From: an uncultured Bacilli bacterium
GTDB lineage: Bacteria > Bacillota_I > Bacilli_A > RF39 > UBA660
Assembly: GCA_934122275.1 (NCBI GenBank)
Contig: CAKOWI010000003.1
Span: 29,952 to 93,951, forward strand
Length of the DNA: 64,000 bases
Direction: 5' to 3'
The position numbers and the translations under genes were made by a program. Shown piece by piece: positions 1 to 9,744 of the stretch; the stretch's first letter is position 1; each line of letters starts with the position of its first letter. The notes under the pieces are model-generated. The model had not been told where the DNA came from and ran no database searches. It saw only the letters and a program-made list of their open reading frames with translations.

Positions 1-1497
1 AAATTTTAATCCAATTTTATTTAAAATTTTACTAACAATAGTCAAGTTTTTAAGACCTAAAAAGTCCATTTTTAAAAGGCCTAACTCTTCTATGTAATTC
101 ATAGTATATCCAGATAAATATGTACCATCAGAGTTCTTAAATATAGGAATATAGTCACTTAAATTTTTACTTGATATAATTATTCCAGCAGCATGCTGTG
201 AAGTATGTCTTTTAAGCCCTTCTAAATGCATCGCTATATCATACATAACCTTTAGTTTAACATCATCTCTTAAAATGTTTTTAACATAAATATTATTTAG
301 GTTCTCTCTTAAATCTTTTTTATCATCAAAATTCTTAACTAAATAATCTACCTTAGTAATACTAATATCTAATATTCTTGAAACATCTCTTACTACCTGT
401 TTTGCAAGTAAATTAGAAAACGTAATTATTCCTGATACTTTATCTTCTCCGTATTTTTTAACCACATAATTTATAACATCGTCTCTTTTTTCAGCATCAA
501 AATCTATATCAATATCAGGCATTGTTACCCTATCCGGATTTAAAAATCTTTCAAATAACAAATCATATTTAATTGGATCTATATCAGTAATACCTAAAGA
601 ATATGAAACAAGTGATGATGCAGCAGAACCTCTTCCCGGTCCAACCATTATGTTATTTTTCTTTGCATATTTAACATAGTCCCAAACAACCAAAAAATAA
701 TTAGAAAAGCCCATCTTATTTATTGTATTTAACTCATATTTTAGTCTTTCTAAGTACTTAATAGGAACTTTATCATCTAATCTTTTTCTAAGTCCTTTTA
801 TTGCTAAATCAGTTAAATATTTATCTTGATCAAAATGTACATCACTATTATACTTAGGTAATAAATCACTTCTTTTAGGTATTTCTAAATTACATAACTC
901 TGAAATAATATTTGTACTTTTTATATCAAATTCATTTAAACTTATTTCTAAACTAGTTTCTTTTCCATCATACTTTTTATCATCTATTTTATATAAATAT
1001 TCTAAATATTTATTACTTTCTTTATCTAAAGTAAGCGTCTTTTTTACATAGACTTTACTTTCTTTTATGCCACATTTTTGCTCTTCACTAGAATAACCTA
1101 TAAAAACTTCATCAGCATTTAACTTATAGCTACTAATATTTTCCATAAATTCATATGGCACTATAACAACTATATTATCTAAATACCTATTTAATACATC
1201 ATAACTTAATTCTTCTTTACTAATTAATGTATTTATATTACATAAGTTTTGATATCCTTTATAATTTTTAGCATAAAGTAGCATAGTAAACGGTATATTT
1301 ATTTCAATACCTATAATAGGCTTTATAGAGTTATTTTTACACTTATCATAAAATTCCATAGCACCAAATATATTATTATCACATATAGCACATGCTTTAA
1401 TGTTATTTTCTTTTAACTTAATAATAAGATCATCTATCTTTATCATACTAGAAAGTATTGAATAATCTGTTTTAATCCATAAAGGAACAAAGTTCAT
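1..1497 (-). CDS. dnaE: DNA polymerase III alpha subunit DnaE, N-terminal part; the gene runs off the left edge of the window
   Basis: My own minus-strand translation from the ATG at 1497 (AGGAGG RBS just upstream) gives MNFVPLWIKTDYSILSS...GPGRGSAASSLVSYSLGITDIDPIKYDLLFERFLNPDRVTMPDIDIDF. This is the PHP domain plus the start of the palm of DnaE. The frame stays open to base 1; the ORF is absent from the track because it has no stop in the window. Confidence 0.85.
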   Translation of the reverse strand, partial: MNFVPLWIKTDYSILSSMIKIDDLIIKLKENNIKACAICDNNIFGAMEFYDKCKNNSIKPIIGIEINIPFTMLLYAKNYKGYQNLCNINTLISKEELSYDVLNRYLDNIVVIVPYEFMENISSYKLNADEVFIGYSSEEQKCGIKESKVYVKKTLTLDKESNKYLEYLYKIDDKKYDGKETSLEISLNEFDIKSTNIISELCNLEIPKRSDLLPKYNSDVHFDQDKYLTDLAIKGLRKRLDDKVPIKYLERLKYELNTINKMGFSNYFLVVWDYVKYAKKNNIMVGPGRGSAASSLVSYSLGITDIDPIKYDLLFERFLNPDRVTMPDIDIDFDAEKRDDVINYVVKKYGEDKVSGIITFSNLLAKQVVRDVSRILDISITKVDYLVKNFDDKKDLRENLNNIYVKNILRDDVKLKVMYDIAMHLEGLKRHTSQHAAGIIISSKNLSDYIPIFKNSDGTYLSGYTMNYIEELGLLKMDFLGLKNLTIVSKILNKIGLKF

Positions 1498-1620
1498 AAA
1501 TATACCTCCTTCTAAGTAATATTTTACTACAAATAACCATTTTTTAATATTTTAATTTGACTATTTATCAATATTATGTTAAAGTTATTAAGCAAACACG
1601 TATTTAAGGAGGATTTAAAT

Positions 1621-1788
1621 ATGGCTAAGAAAGTATCTAATAGAAAAGGACTTACTGGTAATAACCGTTCACATGCTTTAAATGCTACTAAGAAAGTTCA
1701 AAAAGTTAATATGCAAAAAGTAAGTGTTGATGGAAAAACAGTTATAATGAGTGCTAGAGAAGCTAAAAAATTAAGAGCTAGCGAATAA
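1621..1788 (+). CDS. rpmB: 50S ribosomal protein L28
   Basis: MAKKVSNRKGLTGNNRSHALNATKK... is typical of L28. An AAGGAGG RBS precedes the ATG at 1621. The track ORF start at 1576 is an upstream extension. Confidence 0.9.
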   Translation: MAKKVSNRKGLTGNNRSHALNATKKVQKVNMQKVSVDGKTVIMSAREAKKLRASE

Positions 1789-1808
1789 AAAATACTTAAA
1801 GATTATCT

Positions 1809-2768
1809 TTAAGTATTTTTTAATTTTAAATTTAAATTTTTAAGGTATAGCCAAGTAGAATAACCTTTTTCATTACTTAATTCTTTACCTTGACCATGAG
1901 CAACTTTTATATACAAATTATATTTTAGTGAATTAGAAACACCATTTAAATTTATATTTATTTGTTTATCACGGCAGTATCTATTACTGTATACAGTAGT
2001 ATTATAATACTTTGCATTTCTTTCGTAACCATCGAATGTATCTGTAGTCACTCCAACTTTTTTACTACCATTTTCACTAATGTAGAACTCATAAACACTA
2101 GTTATACGCCTATTACCAGTTTTCGCGTTGTTACATTCTGTCACTTCAAGAACAAGTGCTTCATAATTTTTAAGGTTAATATTATTTAAACGCACTTTAG
2201 ATTCTGAATAACTTCCAACCTGTTCTACAAGTATTTTTTGATACTTAATTCCTTCACCTAAATCATCAACTGTTATATGTACATTCTTTGAATTATTACC
2301 TGAGCTATCACTTGAATCTGTCGATTCAAAATTATTTACTATCTCTTTATAATCAAAAATAGTATTACATTCTCCATCTATAGAATAACAATATCCATTA
2401 AAAGTGTAAACATTTCCATTTAAATCGTAACTTGACTGTTCTTTAGCTTCCGGAGATTTGCAAACATACTGATTGTTCATTTCAGACCTATTACTTATGT
2501 TTTTAGCATTTTCATCAGCTGGATTAGTAACATCATCATTCAAGTAATCTTCACCAATAAGCTCTGATACCTCTACACAGTTTTTATTTTTTGTATCTAA
2601 ATAAGCACTTGCTATTGCAGTAATATCTTTTGCAGCTATATATCTGGATCTTATTTTAGACTGTTTTATGCTTTTTAAAACGTTAGTTGTTGCTATAGTC
2701 ATTATAATGCCAAGTATAACTATAACAGCAAGTAATTCTATTAAAGTAAATCCCTTTTTATTTTTCAT
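1809..2768 (-). CDS. Protein with a prepilin-type N-terminal cleavage/methylation domain (pseudopilin-like) and an unknown C-terminal domain
   Basis: The N-terminus MKNKKGFTLIELLAVIVILGIIMTI is a class III (type IV pilin / ComG-like) signal. The remainder has no recognisable motif. Confidence 0.7.
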   Translation of the reverse strand: MKNKKGFTLIELLAVIVILGIIMTIATTNVLKSIKQSKIRSRYIAAKDITAIASAYLDTKNKNCVEVSELIGEDYLNDDVTNPADENAKNISNRSEMNNQYVCKSPEAKEQSSYDLNGNVYTFNGYCYSIDGECNTIFDYKEIVNNFESTDSSDSSGNNSKNVHITVDDLGEGIKYQKILVEQVGSYSESKVRLNNINLKNYEALVLEVTECNNAKTGNRRITSVYEFYISENGSKKVGVTTDTFDGYERNAKYYNTTVYSNRYCRDKQININLNGVSNSLKYNLYIKVAHGQGKELSNEKGYSTWLYLKNLNLKLKNT

Positions 2769-2846
2769 CTATCATCACCTATTTTAATATTAACATTATA
2801 ATTAATTTTAGTCAATTTAACACTTAAAAAATAGACAAATTAATGT

Positions 2847-3305
2847 CTATTTATCGGTAGAACCAAATCCTCCAGTTCTTATCCCATCAGCTTTATCATT
2901 ATCTGCAATTAAATATTTCATAAATATCGCTTGTCCAATTGCTTCACCTTTTTTTATTACTGTAGGTTCATCTTTATAATTATAAAAAGCAAACATAAAT
3001 GCACCATCATTATCAGAATTACCATAATAATCAGCATCTATTATACCTACACTATTAGCCATAATAAGACCTTTTTTCTTAGGATTAGAACTTCTATTAC
3101 AAAGCATTAAAAATTCATCATCTGGCATATATGCCTTAATTCCTGTTGGAACAAGAGTTGGATTCATACCAGGTTTAAATGGTTCAATAGTTATATCTTC
3201 TGCTGCTTCTATATCATATCCTGCTGCACCTTTTGTTTTCCTAACTGGTAAATTAATGTCTTTATCTTCAAATCCTTTAGCAATTTCAAATCCTCTAGTT
3301 TTCAT
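2847..3305 (-). CDS. dut: dUTP diphosphatase
   Basis: Contains GAAGYDI, NSVGIIDADY and RTGGFGSTD dUTPase motifs. Confidence 0.85.
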   Translation of the reverse strand: MKTRGFEIAKGFEDKDINLPVRKTKGAAGYDIEAAEDITIEPFKPGMNPTLVPTGIKAYMPDDEFLMLCNRSSNPKKKGLIMANSVGIIDADYYGNSDNDGAFMFAFYNYKDEPTVIKKGEAIGQAIFMKYLIADNDKADGIRTGGFGSTDK

Positions 3306-3823
3306 TATACTCCCACCAATTCCTTTTCTTCAAATAATACAATCTTATCTTTTTTTAGTGATTTTTTTACATCTATCACTCTTTGATTAGATGAACCTCT
3401 CCATTTTAACTTAAAATCATGTAATTCATCTTCATACCTACCATCTATTAAAACATCTATATAATTAATAACATCATTATCCTTTATATAATCATATAAG
3501 AAACCAGACCATACCCATATAGTTTTTTTAGGATATTTTTCTTTAAAAGCTTTAGCAAGTTTAGTTGTTGCCTTTATATTATTTGGATGCATAGGTTCAC
3601 CACCTAATATAGATAATCCAACAATATAATCATGACTAGCTAAAGCTAATACTTTTTCTATTGTATCAGTTGTAAACTCACTGCCACCTTTAAAGTCCCA
3701 AGTTTCTTTATTAAAACAGTTTTTACAATGAAATGAACAACCTTGCATAAATATAGAAACCCTAACACCTGGACCATTTGATATATCCATTTTTCTTATT
3801 TTATTATATCTCATACTAAGCAT
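3305..3823 (-). CDS. nrdG: Anaerobic ribonucleoside-triphosphate reductase activating protein (radical SAM)
   Basis: SNGPGVRVSIFMQGCSFHCKNCFN matches the radical-SAM cluster motif, and the gene lies immediately downstream of nrdD. An alternative ATG at 3814 has better RBS spacing. Confidence 0.85.
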   Translation of the reverse strand: MLSMRYNKIRKMDISNGPGVRVSIFMQGCSFHCKNCFNKETWDFKGGSEFTTDTIEKVLALASHDYIVGLSILGGEPMHPNNIKATTKLAKAFKEKYPKKTIWVWSGFLYDYIKDNDVINYIDVLIDGRYEDELHDFKLKWRGSSNQRVIDVKKSLKKDKIVLFEEKELVGV

Positions 3824-6005
3824 CCTTGTTATCTACATGAATAACTCTTTCTTTTATTTCTTGTGTTCTTCCTTTATTCCAAAAGTTAGTTCCTATATAT
3901 CCGCATGTTCTTCTTGCAACATTTAATTTATCATGATCTCTATTTCCACAATTTGGACAATACCATTCTAAATTATCATCTAGTAATATTTCTCCATCAT
4001 AACCACATTCTTGACAATAATCTGATTTAGTATTTAATTCTGCATACATAATATTATCATATATAAACTTAATTATTTCCATAACTGCATCTAAATTATC
4101 AGTTAAATTAGGAGTTTCTATATAACTTATTGCACCACCTGGTGAAAGTTTTTGAAATTCACTTTCTAATTTTAACTTAGTAAACGCATCAATTTCCTCA
4201 AATACAGGAACATGATATGAATTAGTTATATAATCTCTATCTGTAATACCTTTAATTTTACCAAAACGTTCTCTTAAACATTTAGCAAACTTATAAGTAG
4301 TAGATTCTATTGGAGTACCATATACACTATAATCTATATCTTCTTTTTCTTTCCATTCCTTACATTTATCATTTAATCTTTGCATTACTTTTAATCCAAA
4401 TTCTTTACCCTTACCACCATCTGTATGAGAATTTCCAGTCATATATTTAACACACTCATAAAGACCAGCATAACCAAGTGATATAGTTGAATATCCATGG
4501 TGCAATAATTCATGAATACCTTCTCCCTTATCTAGTCTTGCAAGTGCTCCATGTTGCCATAATATAGGTGCAACATCACTAGTTACTTTAGATAGTCTTT
4601 TATGTCTTATTTTAAGTGCTCTATGACATAATTCTAATCTATCATCTAATATACTCCAGAATAAATCCATATCTTTATCTGCTGATAATGCAACATCAGG
4701 TAAATTAATGGTTACAACACCTTGGTTAAATCTTCCATAATATTTACCCTTATTTGGAACATAATTTTTAGCTTTAGCAATATTTCCTAGACTAATCATT
4801 CTATCTGGTGTTAGGAAAGAACGACATCCCATACAAGGATAACAATCTCCATCACCATTTTCATTTTTCTTAAGTTCTTTCATTATTTTTTCAGAAATAT
4901 AATCTGGAACCATACGTTTTGCGGTACATTTTGCAGCAAGTTTAGTTAAGTAGTAATATTTACTCTTTTCATGAATATTATCTTCTTCAAGAACATACAA
5001 AAGTTTAGGAAATGCTGGTGTAATATATACTCCCTTTTCGTTTTTCATACCCATAATTCTTTGATTTAAAACCTCTTCAATTATCATTGCAAGTTCTTCT
5101 TTATATTCTTCTGTTTCACCTAAATACATACAAACTGATAAGAAAGGAGCTTGTCCATTAGTAGTTGTCATAGAATTTATTTGATATTGGAAAGTTTGTA
5201 CACCATCAGTTATTTCTTTTGCTAAATCTTCTTTAGCATATTTTTCACATTCTTCTTTAGTGAATTTTCTTTTCTTATATTTTTCCAAATATTTTTTATA
5301 ACTATCTCTTACGAATGGTGCTAAATGAGTAAGAGTTATAGTACATCCACCATACTGACTTGATGATACTGCAGTAATTAGCTGAGTTGCTATAGTCATT
5401 GCAGTTAAAAATCTATGAGGTTTTTCAATCATAACACCATTTATATTAGTACCATTTTGAAGCATATCTTCAAGGTTAATTAAATCACAATTATGAAGTG
5501 CATTTTGTGCAAAATAATCTGCATCATGAAAGTGAATTATACCCTCATCATGAGCTTTTACTATGTCTTCTGGAAGTAAAAATCTTCTTGTTATATCAGT
5601 AGACGTAATACCTGCTAAATAGTCTCTTTGTGTAGTAACAATTCTAGCATTTTTATTAGAGTTTTCGGTATTCCAATATTCTGATTCTCCGTCAATTAAC
5701 TCTTTAATTGAAAGGTCAGTAGTATTGCTTCTTCTAACTAATTCTCTTGTATATCTATATGTAATATACTCTTTAGCTAAATTATATTTACCAAGCGACA
5801 TAAGACGCATTTCAATAATATCTTGTATATCTTCTACTAGCATTCTTTTCTTTTTTAAGCTTTCAATATACTTAATAATATTTTTTATTTGAATATCACT
5901 TACTCTGTCTTCTTCTGTCACTTCATTATTAGCCTTTTTAACGGCATTTTCAATTTTTTCTGGACAATAATCTACTATATGTCCATCTCTTTTTACTATT
6001 TTCAT
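3816..6005 (-). CDS. nrdD: Anaerobic ribonucleoside-triphosphate reductase (class III)
   Basis: 729 aa with an N-terminal ATP-cone, a C-terminal Zn ribbon (CQECGYDG...CPNCG) and the glycyl-radical tail RRTCGYIG. Confidence 0.9.
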   Translation of the reverse strand: MKIVKRDGHIVDYCPEKIENAVKKANNEVTEEDRVSDIQIKNIIKYIESLKKKRMLVEDIQDIIEMRLMSLGKYNLAKEYITYRYTRELVRRSNTTDLSIKELIDGESEYWNTENSNKNARIVTTQRDYLAGITSTDITRRFLLPEDIVKAHDEGIIHFHDADYFAQNALHNCDLINLEDMLQNGTNINGVMIEKPHRFLTAMTIATQLITAVSSSQYGGCTITLTHLAPFVRDSYKKYLEKYKKRKFTKEECEKYAKEDLAKEITDGVQTFQYQINSMTTTNGQAPFLSVCMYLGETEEYKEELAMIIEEVLNQRIMGMKNEKGVYITPAFPKLLYVLEEDNIHEKSKYYYLTKLAAKCTAKRMVPDYISEKIMKELKKNENGDGDCYPCMGCRSFLTPDRMISLGNIAKAKNYVPNKGKYYGRFNQGVVTINLPDVALSADKDMDLFWSILDDRLELCHRALKIRHKRLSKVTSDVAPILWQHGALARLDKGEGIHELLHHGYSTISLGYAGLYECVKYMTGNSHTDGGKGKEFGLKVMQRLNDKCKEWKEKEDIDYSVYGTPIESTTYKFAKCLRERFGKIKGITDRDYITNSYHVPVFEEIDAFTKLKLESEFQKLSPGGAISYIETPNLTDNLDAVMEIIKFIYDNIMYAELNTKSDYCQECGYDGEILLDDNLEWYCPNCGNRDHDKLNVARRTCGYIGTNFWNKGRTQEIKERVIHVDNKDA

Positions 6006-6063
6006 ATAACTACCTCTTCTATTATTTTATAATTAAAGTATAACACAATAAAAAATAAGTTAC

Positions 6064-6079
6064 TGTTGCAATTGCAACA
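6064..6079. promoter_or_regulatory. Perfect 16-bp palindrome TGTTGCAATTGCAACA (TGTTG-N6-CAACA) between divergent nrdD and the Crp/Fnr-family gene; candidate operator
   Basis: Read directly from the sequence. The centre lies about 41.5 nt upstream of a transcription start inferred from the extended -10 TGTTATACT on the nrdD strand. Confidence 0.4.
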
Positions 6080-6119
6080 AGTTTAAAAAAATGTTATTAT
6101 TTTATTAGGTGAATGTAAA

Positions 6120-6749
6120 ATGCTTAGATTATTTAACAAAATAAGTGTAAACGAACAAAAAAAACTACTAAAACTATTAGAAACTAGTATATTAAGCTAC
6201 AAAAAAAATACCACAATTTTATCTACAATAGAAGGAAATATTATTGGTATTGTACTAGAAGGAAACATACAAATAATAAGAACTGATTATAACGGAAATA
6301 GAACCATTATAGAAGATTTAAAGGAAGAATCTATATTTGGTACAATAATATCCTCACTATCTAGCAACGAATATGAAGTAATAACAAAAGAGGATAGTAA
6401 AATATTAGTTATTGACTATGATTTTATTATTAAATCAAATAATAACAAATACTTATATTATAACCAGTTTATTAAAAATTTACTTGATATAACAACAAGT
6501 GAAATTGATAAAAAAAATGATAGAATAGAAATATTGACTCAAAAAAGTATTAGAGATAAATTACTTAAATACTTTGAAATATATTCTAGAAAAAGAAAAA
6601 CAAGTATAATCTATCTTCCATTTACCTTTACTGATTTAGCAGATTTTCTAGCAGTTGATAGAAGTGCAATGTCAAGAGAATTAAAAAATTTAAAAGAAGA
6701 AGGTTTTATTAATACTAAAGGAAGAAAAATAACACTTCTATATAGATAA
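6120..6749 (+). CDS. Crp/Fnr family transcriptional regulator
   Basis: cNMP-binding-like N-terminal half and a C-terminal HTH (TFTDLADFLAVDRSAMSRELKNLKEEGFI). Confidence 0.7.
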   Translation: MLRLFNKISVNEQKKLLKLLETSILSYKKNTTILSTIEGNIIGIVLEGNIQIIRTDYNGNRTIIEDLKEESIFGTIISSLSSNEYEVITKEDSKILVIDYDFIIKSNNNKYLYYNQFIKNLLDITTSEIDKKNDRIEILTQKSIRDKLLKYFEIYSRKRKTSIIYLPFTFTDLADFLAVDRSAMSRELKNLKEEGFINTKGRKITLLYR

Positions 6750-6776
6750 AAAGGAAAGCTAAAGCTTTCCCTTTTT

Positions 6777-7970
6777 TCACTCTTTAAAATTTATACTTTC
6801 TATTATTTTATCAGTTTTCTCTTCATCTAATGAACTATAACCATCTCTTTTTACATATATGTATATTTCTAACAATCTATTATTTTGTAATGGTACAAAA
6901 TACGAATTTACTATTCTAGTTTCGTCCGCATTATTTAATTTAAAATATAAAACCTTATTTTGATTAATTATTTTATCTTTTGTTAATAAAATATCATATT
7001 TACTTAACGAGTCTGTTAGTAATTCTTTAAATTCTTCATACTTAAAATCATAATCATATTTTGGGTAATAGCTAATTTCTACTACTTCAATATTAGATTT
7101 ATTAACGTTTTGTGATAAATAACTATAATAATAAGTGTCTATATCATTATTAGTATGATTTTCTTCATCTAATTTCATGCAATCAGGCATTTTAATGGTA
7201 ATATTATTATTAACTTTATACTCTACTATTTTACTATCTTCTTTTATAATAGGAGACATTATAGCATTCCAAATTACCGTTATTACTATTAAAGTATACA
7301 TAGCAAGTGCTAAACCAATTTTCGGATTTTTTTTATCCTTATGTTCAAAATACCATTTACCTTTTATACTTTTTATATAGCTAGGCTTTAAAATGTCTGT
7401 GTAAAATAATTTTTTAAATTTACTAAATTTAAGATTTGAAATATCACTTTTAATAATCTTTTTATCTACAGCACTTTCTTTTGATCTAGCATTATATTTA
7501 TCAAATATTTTTTCTAATTCATCTATATATGTTTGAATATCTGATTTACCTGTTTCTTTATTTTTAAAGTCTAATGAAAAGAATATAGAAGGTGGTAAAA
7601 CCATTAATAAAGCTAAAGTAGCATCAATCCATATTAAAGATAGAAATTCTTTATTTGTATATATTTCTTTAAATAAGTTTAATGTAACACCCGAACCATT
7701 TCTTATCATAGTTACTACTGGCATTAACACAAAAACATTTAAAAGTGCAATTAAACAAGATGATACAATAAGATATATTCTTGTTTTCTTATCATTATAT
7801 ATATCTTTATTTACTAATTTATATCCTAAAACAATCCCAAAAACTATTAAGCAATCTAAATAGCCAGACGATAGGTTAAAAAATACATAAACTAATAACC
7901 AAGGAATAGAAAATAATATACCTCCTAGTATTCCAAAAAAGTACTTTAACGTATTTTTCATATTATTCAC
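6777..7970 (-). CDS. Hypothetical multi-pass membrane protein
   Basis: Long ORF with several hydrophobic segments and no recognised motif. Confidence 0.5.
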   Translation of the reverse strand: MNNMKNTLKYFFGILGGILFSIPWLLVYVFFNLSSGYLDCLIVFGIVLGYKLVNKDIYNDKKTRIYLIVSSCLIALLNVFVLMPVVTMIRNGSGVTLNLFKEIYTNKEFLSLIWIDATLALLMVLPPSIFFSLDFKNKETGKSDIQTYIDELEKIFDKYNARSKESAVDKKIIKSDISNLKFSKFKKLFYTDILKPSYIKSIKGKWYFEHKDKKNPKIGLALAMYTLIVITVIWNAIMSPIIKEDSKIVEYKVNNNITIKMPDCMKLDEENHTNNDIDTYYYSYLSQNVNKSNIEVVEISYYPKYDYDFKYEEFKELLTDSLSKYDILLTKDKIINQNKVLYFKLNNADETRIVNSYFVPLQNNRLLEIYIYVKRDGYSSLDEEKTDKIIESINFKE

Positions 7971-9729
7971 TCTTACTCTTCTTTTCTTTTATTTCATTAA
8001 GTAATAATTCTACAAATATATCTTTTGCAGCTGAATAAGTTTTATCAGAACCATGTCTTCTATAACTTATTAATCCTTCACTTTTTTCTTTATCACCTAG
8101 TATGATATTAATAGGTATCTTCTTAACTTGTGCTTCTCTCATTTTATATCCAAGTTTTTCTTCTCTATCATCTAATTCTGCTCTTACATTTACATCTTTT
8201 AACATTTTATAAATTTCTTTTGCATAATCTAAATGATAATTATTATTAACTGGAATAATATTTACTTGTACAGGTGCAAGCCATGTTGGTAAATCACCTT
8301 TTGTTTCTTCTAAAATGTAAGCCATAAATCTATCTAATGAACCTAGTATTGCTCTATGAAGTACAACTGGTGTTTTTTTATTTCCATCTTTATCAACGTA
8401 TTTTAAGTCAAATTTAGCTGGTAAGCAAAAATCTAACTGGCAAGTTGATAAAGTATATTCAGCACCTACAGCCGGTTTAACATTAACATCTAATTTAGGT
8501 CCATAAAATGCTGCTTCTCCAATTTCTTCAGTGTAAGCTATACCTAAATCATTTAAAACCTTTCTAAGTTCACTTTCTGCTTTATTCCACATTTCATCAT
8601 CTGGATAATATTTTTCTCTATCTTCTGGATCTCTTAATGATAAAACACATCTATAATTAGTTATATTAAAGTCTTTATAAACATCAAAGATTAAATCAAC
8701 AACGTTTTTAAATTCAGACTCTATTTGCTCTGGAGTAACAAATAAATGTGCATCATTTTGACAGAAATGTCTTCCTCTTTCAATACCCTTTAAAGCTCCT
8801 GATGATTCAAATCTAAAGTCATGAGCTATTTCCCCTATTCTAATTGGTAAGTCTTTATATGAATGTAATTTATTTGAATAAATCATCATATGATGTGGAC
8901 AGTTCATAGGACGAAGTACAAACTCTTCATCTTCAACCTTCATCATAGGAAACATATTTTCTTTATAATGATCCCAATGTCCTGAAGTTTTATATAAATC
9001 AACAGTTCCAACACATGGAGTCATAACATGCATATATCCTAAATTTATTTCTTTATTTCTAATATAATTTTCAAGTTCTTGCCATATTATATAACCATTA
9101 GGTAAAAACATAGGCATTCCTTTACCAACTAAATCATGAGTCATAAATATTTCTAAATCCTTACCTAGTTTTCTATGATCTCTTTCTTTAGCATCTTCTA
9201 ATTCTTTTATGTAAGAATCTAATTCTTCTTCTGTTTCAAAGCATACTCCGTATATTCTTTGAAGCATTTTATTTTTTGAATCACCTTTAAAATATGCACC
9301 AGAGTGTTTAATTAATTTAAAGTACTTCATTTTCTTAGTAGTCTCAACGTGAGGACCACGGCAAAGATCAGTAAAGTCCCCTTGTGTATAACAAGAAATA
9401 ACAGTACTATTTTCATCCATACGACTTATTAAATCTATCTTATATGGATCATCTTTAAATCTTTCTAAAGCCTCTTCCTTAGATATTTCTTCTCTATAAA
9501 TTCTCTTATCAGCTTTAGCACATTTCTTCATTTCTTTTTCTATTTTAGGTAAGTCTTCATCAGTTAAAGTTTTATCTCCTAAATCTATATCATAATAAAA
9601 TCCATCTTCTATTACTGGTCCTACCCAAAATTTAGCTTCTGGATATAAATGTTTTACAGCTTGTGCAAGTAAATGTGCACAAGAGTGATTAAGTATATTT
9701 AATTTTTCATTTTCCTTTATATTTATCAT
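7963..9729 (-). CDS. thrS: Threonine--tRNA ligase, a short form without the N-terminal TGS domain
   Basis: HSCAHLLAQAV (second additional domain) appears about 15 aa from the start. Class II motifs are present (FRFESSGALKGIERGRHFCQNDAH, GPKLD). A Thr T-box lies upstream of the operon. Confidence 0.9.
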   Translation of the reverse strand: MINIKENEKLNILNHSCAHLLAQAVKHLYPEAKFWVGPVIEDGFYYDIDLGDKTLTDEDLPKIEKEMKKCAKADKRIYREEISKEEALERFKDDPYKIDLISRMDENSTVISCYTQGDFTDLCRGPHVETTKKMKYFKLIKHSGAYFKGDSKNKMLQRIYGVCFETEEELDSYIKELEDAKERDHRKLGKDLEIFMTHDLVGKGMPMFLPNGYIIWQELENYIRNKEINLGYMHVMTPCVGTVDLYKTSGHWDHYKENMFPMMKVEDEEFVLRPMNCPHHMMIYSNKLHSYKDLPIRIGEIAHDFRFESSGALKGIERGRHFCQNDAHLFVTPEQIESEFKNVVDLIFDVYKDFNITNYRCVLSLRDPEDREKYYPDDEMWNKAESELRKVLNDLGIAYTEEIGEAAFYGPKLDVNVKPAVGAEYTLSTCQLDFCLPAKFDLKYVDKDGNKKTPVVLHRAILGSLDRFMAYILEETKGDLPTWLAPVQVNIIPVNNNYHLDYAKEIYKMLKDVNVRAELDDREEKLGYKMREAQVKKIPINIILGDKEKSEGLISYRRHGSDKTYSAAKDIFVELLLNEIKEKKSKSE

Positions 9730-9744
9730 TTTTCTTATCTCCCT

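Noticed and set aside
1962-2189. Other short antisense ORFs in the track, of which this is one example. The rest are 7177-7380, 13986-14246, 15133-15315, 15521-15706, 16916-17188, 19155-19400, 22212-22412, 23202-23384, 23512-23826, 30400-30591, 34908-35093, 35651-35977, 38397-38615, 42095-42373, 44933-45151, 45230-45508, 49448-49639, 50682-50939, 51192-51413, 54503-54724 and 58734-58928.
   Set aside because: Each lies inside, or mostly inside, a longer opposite-strand gene with recognisable motifs. None has an RBS or any recognisable motif.
1809-2768. Linking the two pseudopilin-like genes (1809-2768 and 16363-18135) to the T4SS cluster as its pilus.
   Set aside because: Prepilin-type leaders belong to type IV pilus, ComG or T2SS machinery, not to VirB-type systems. 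The genes are 14-30 kb from the cluster and separated from it by housekeeping genes.
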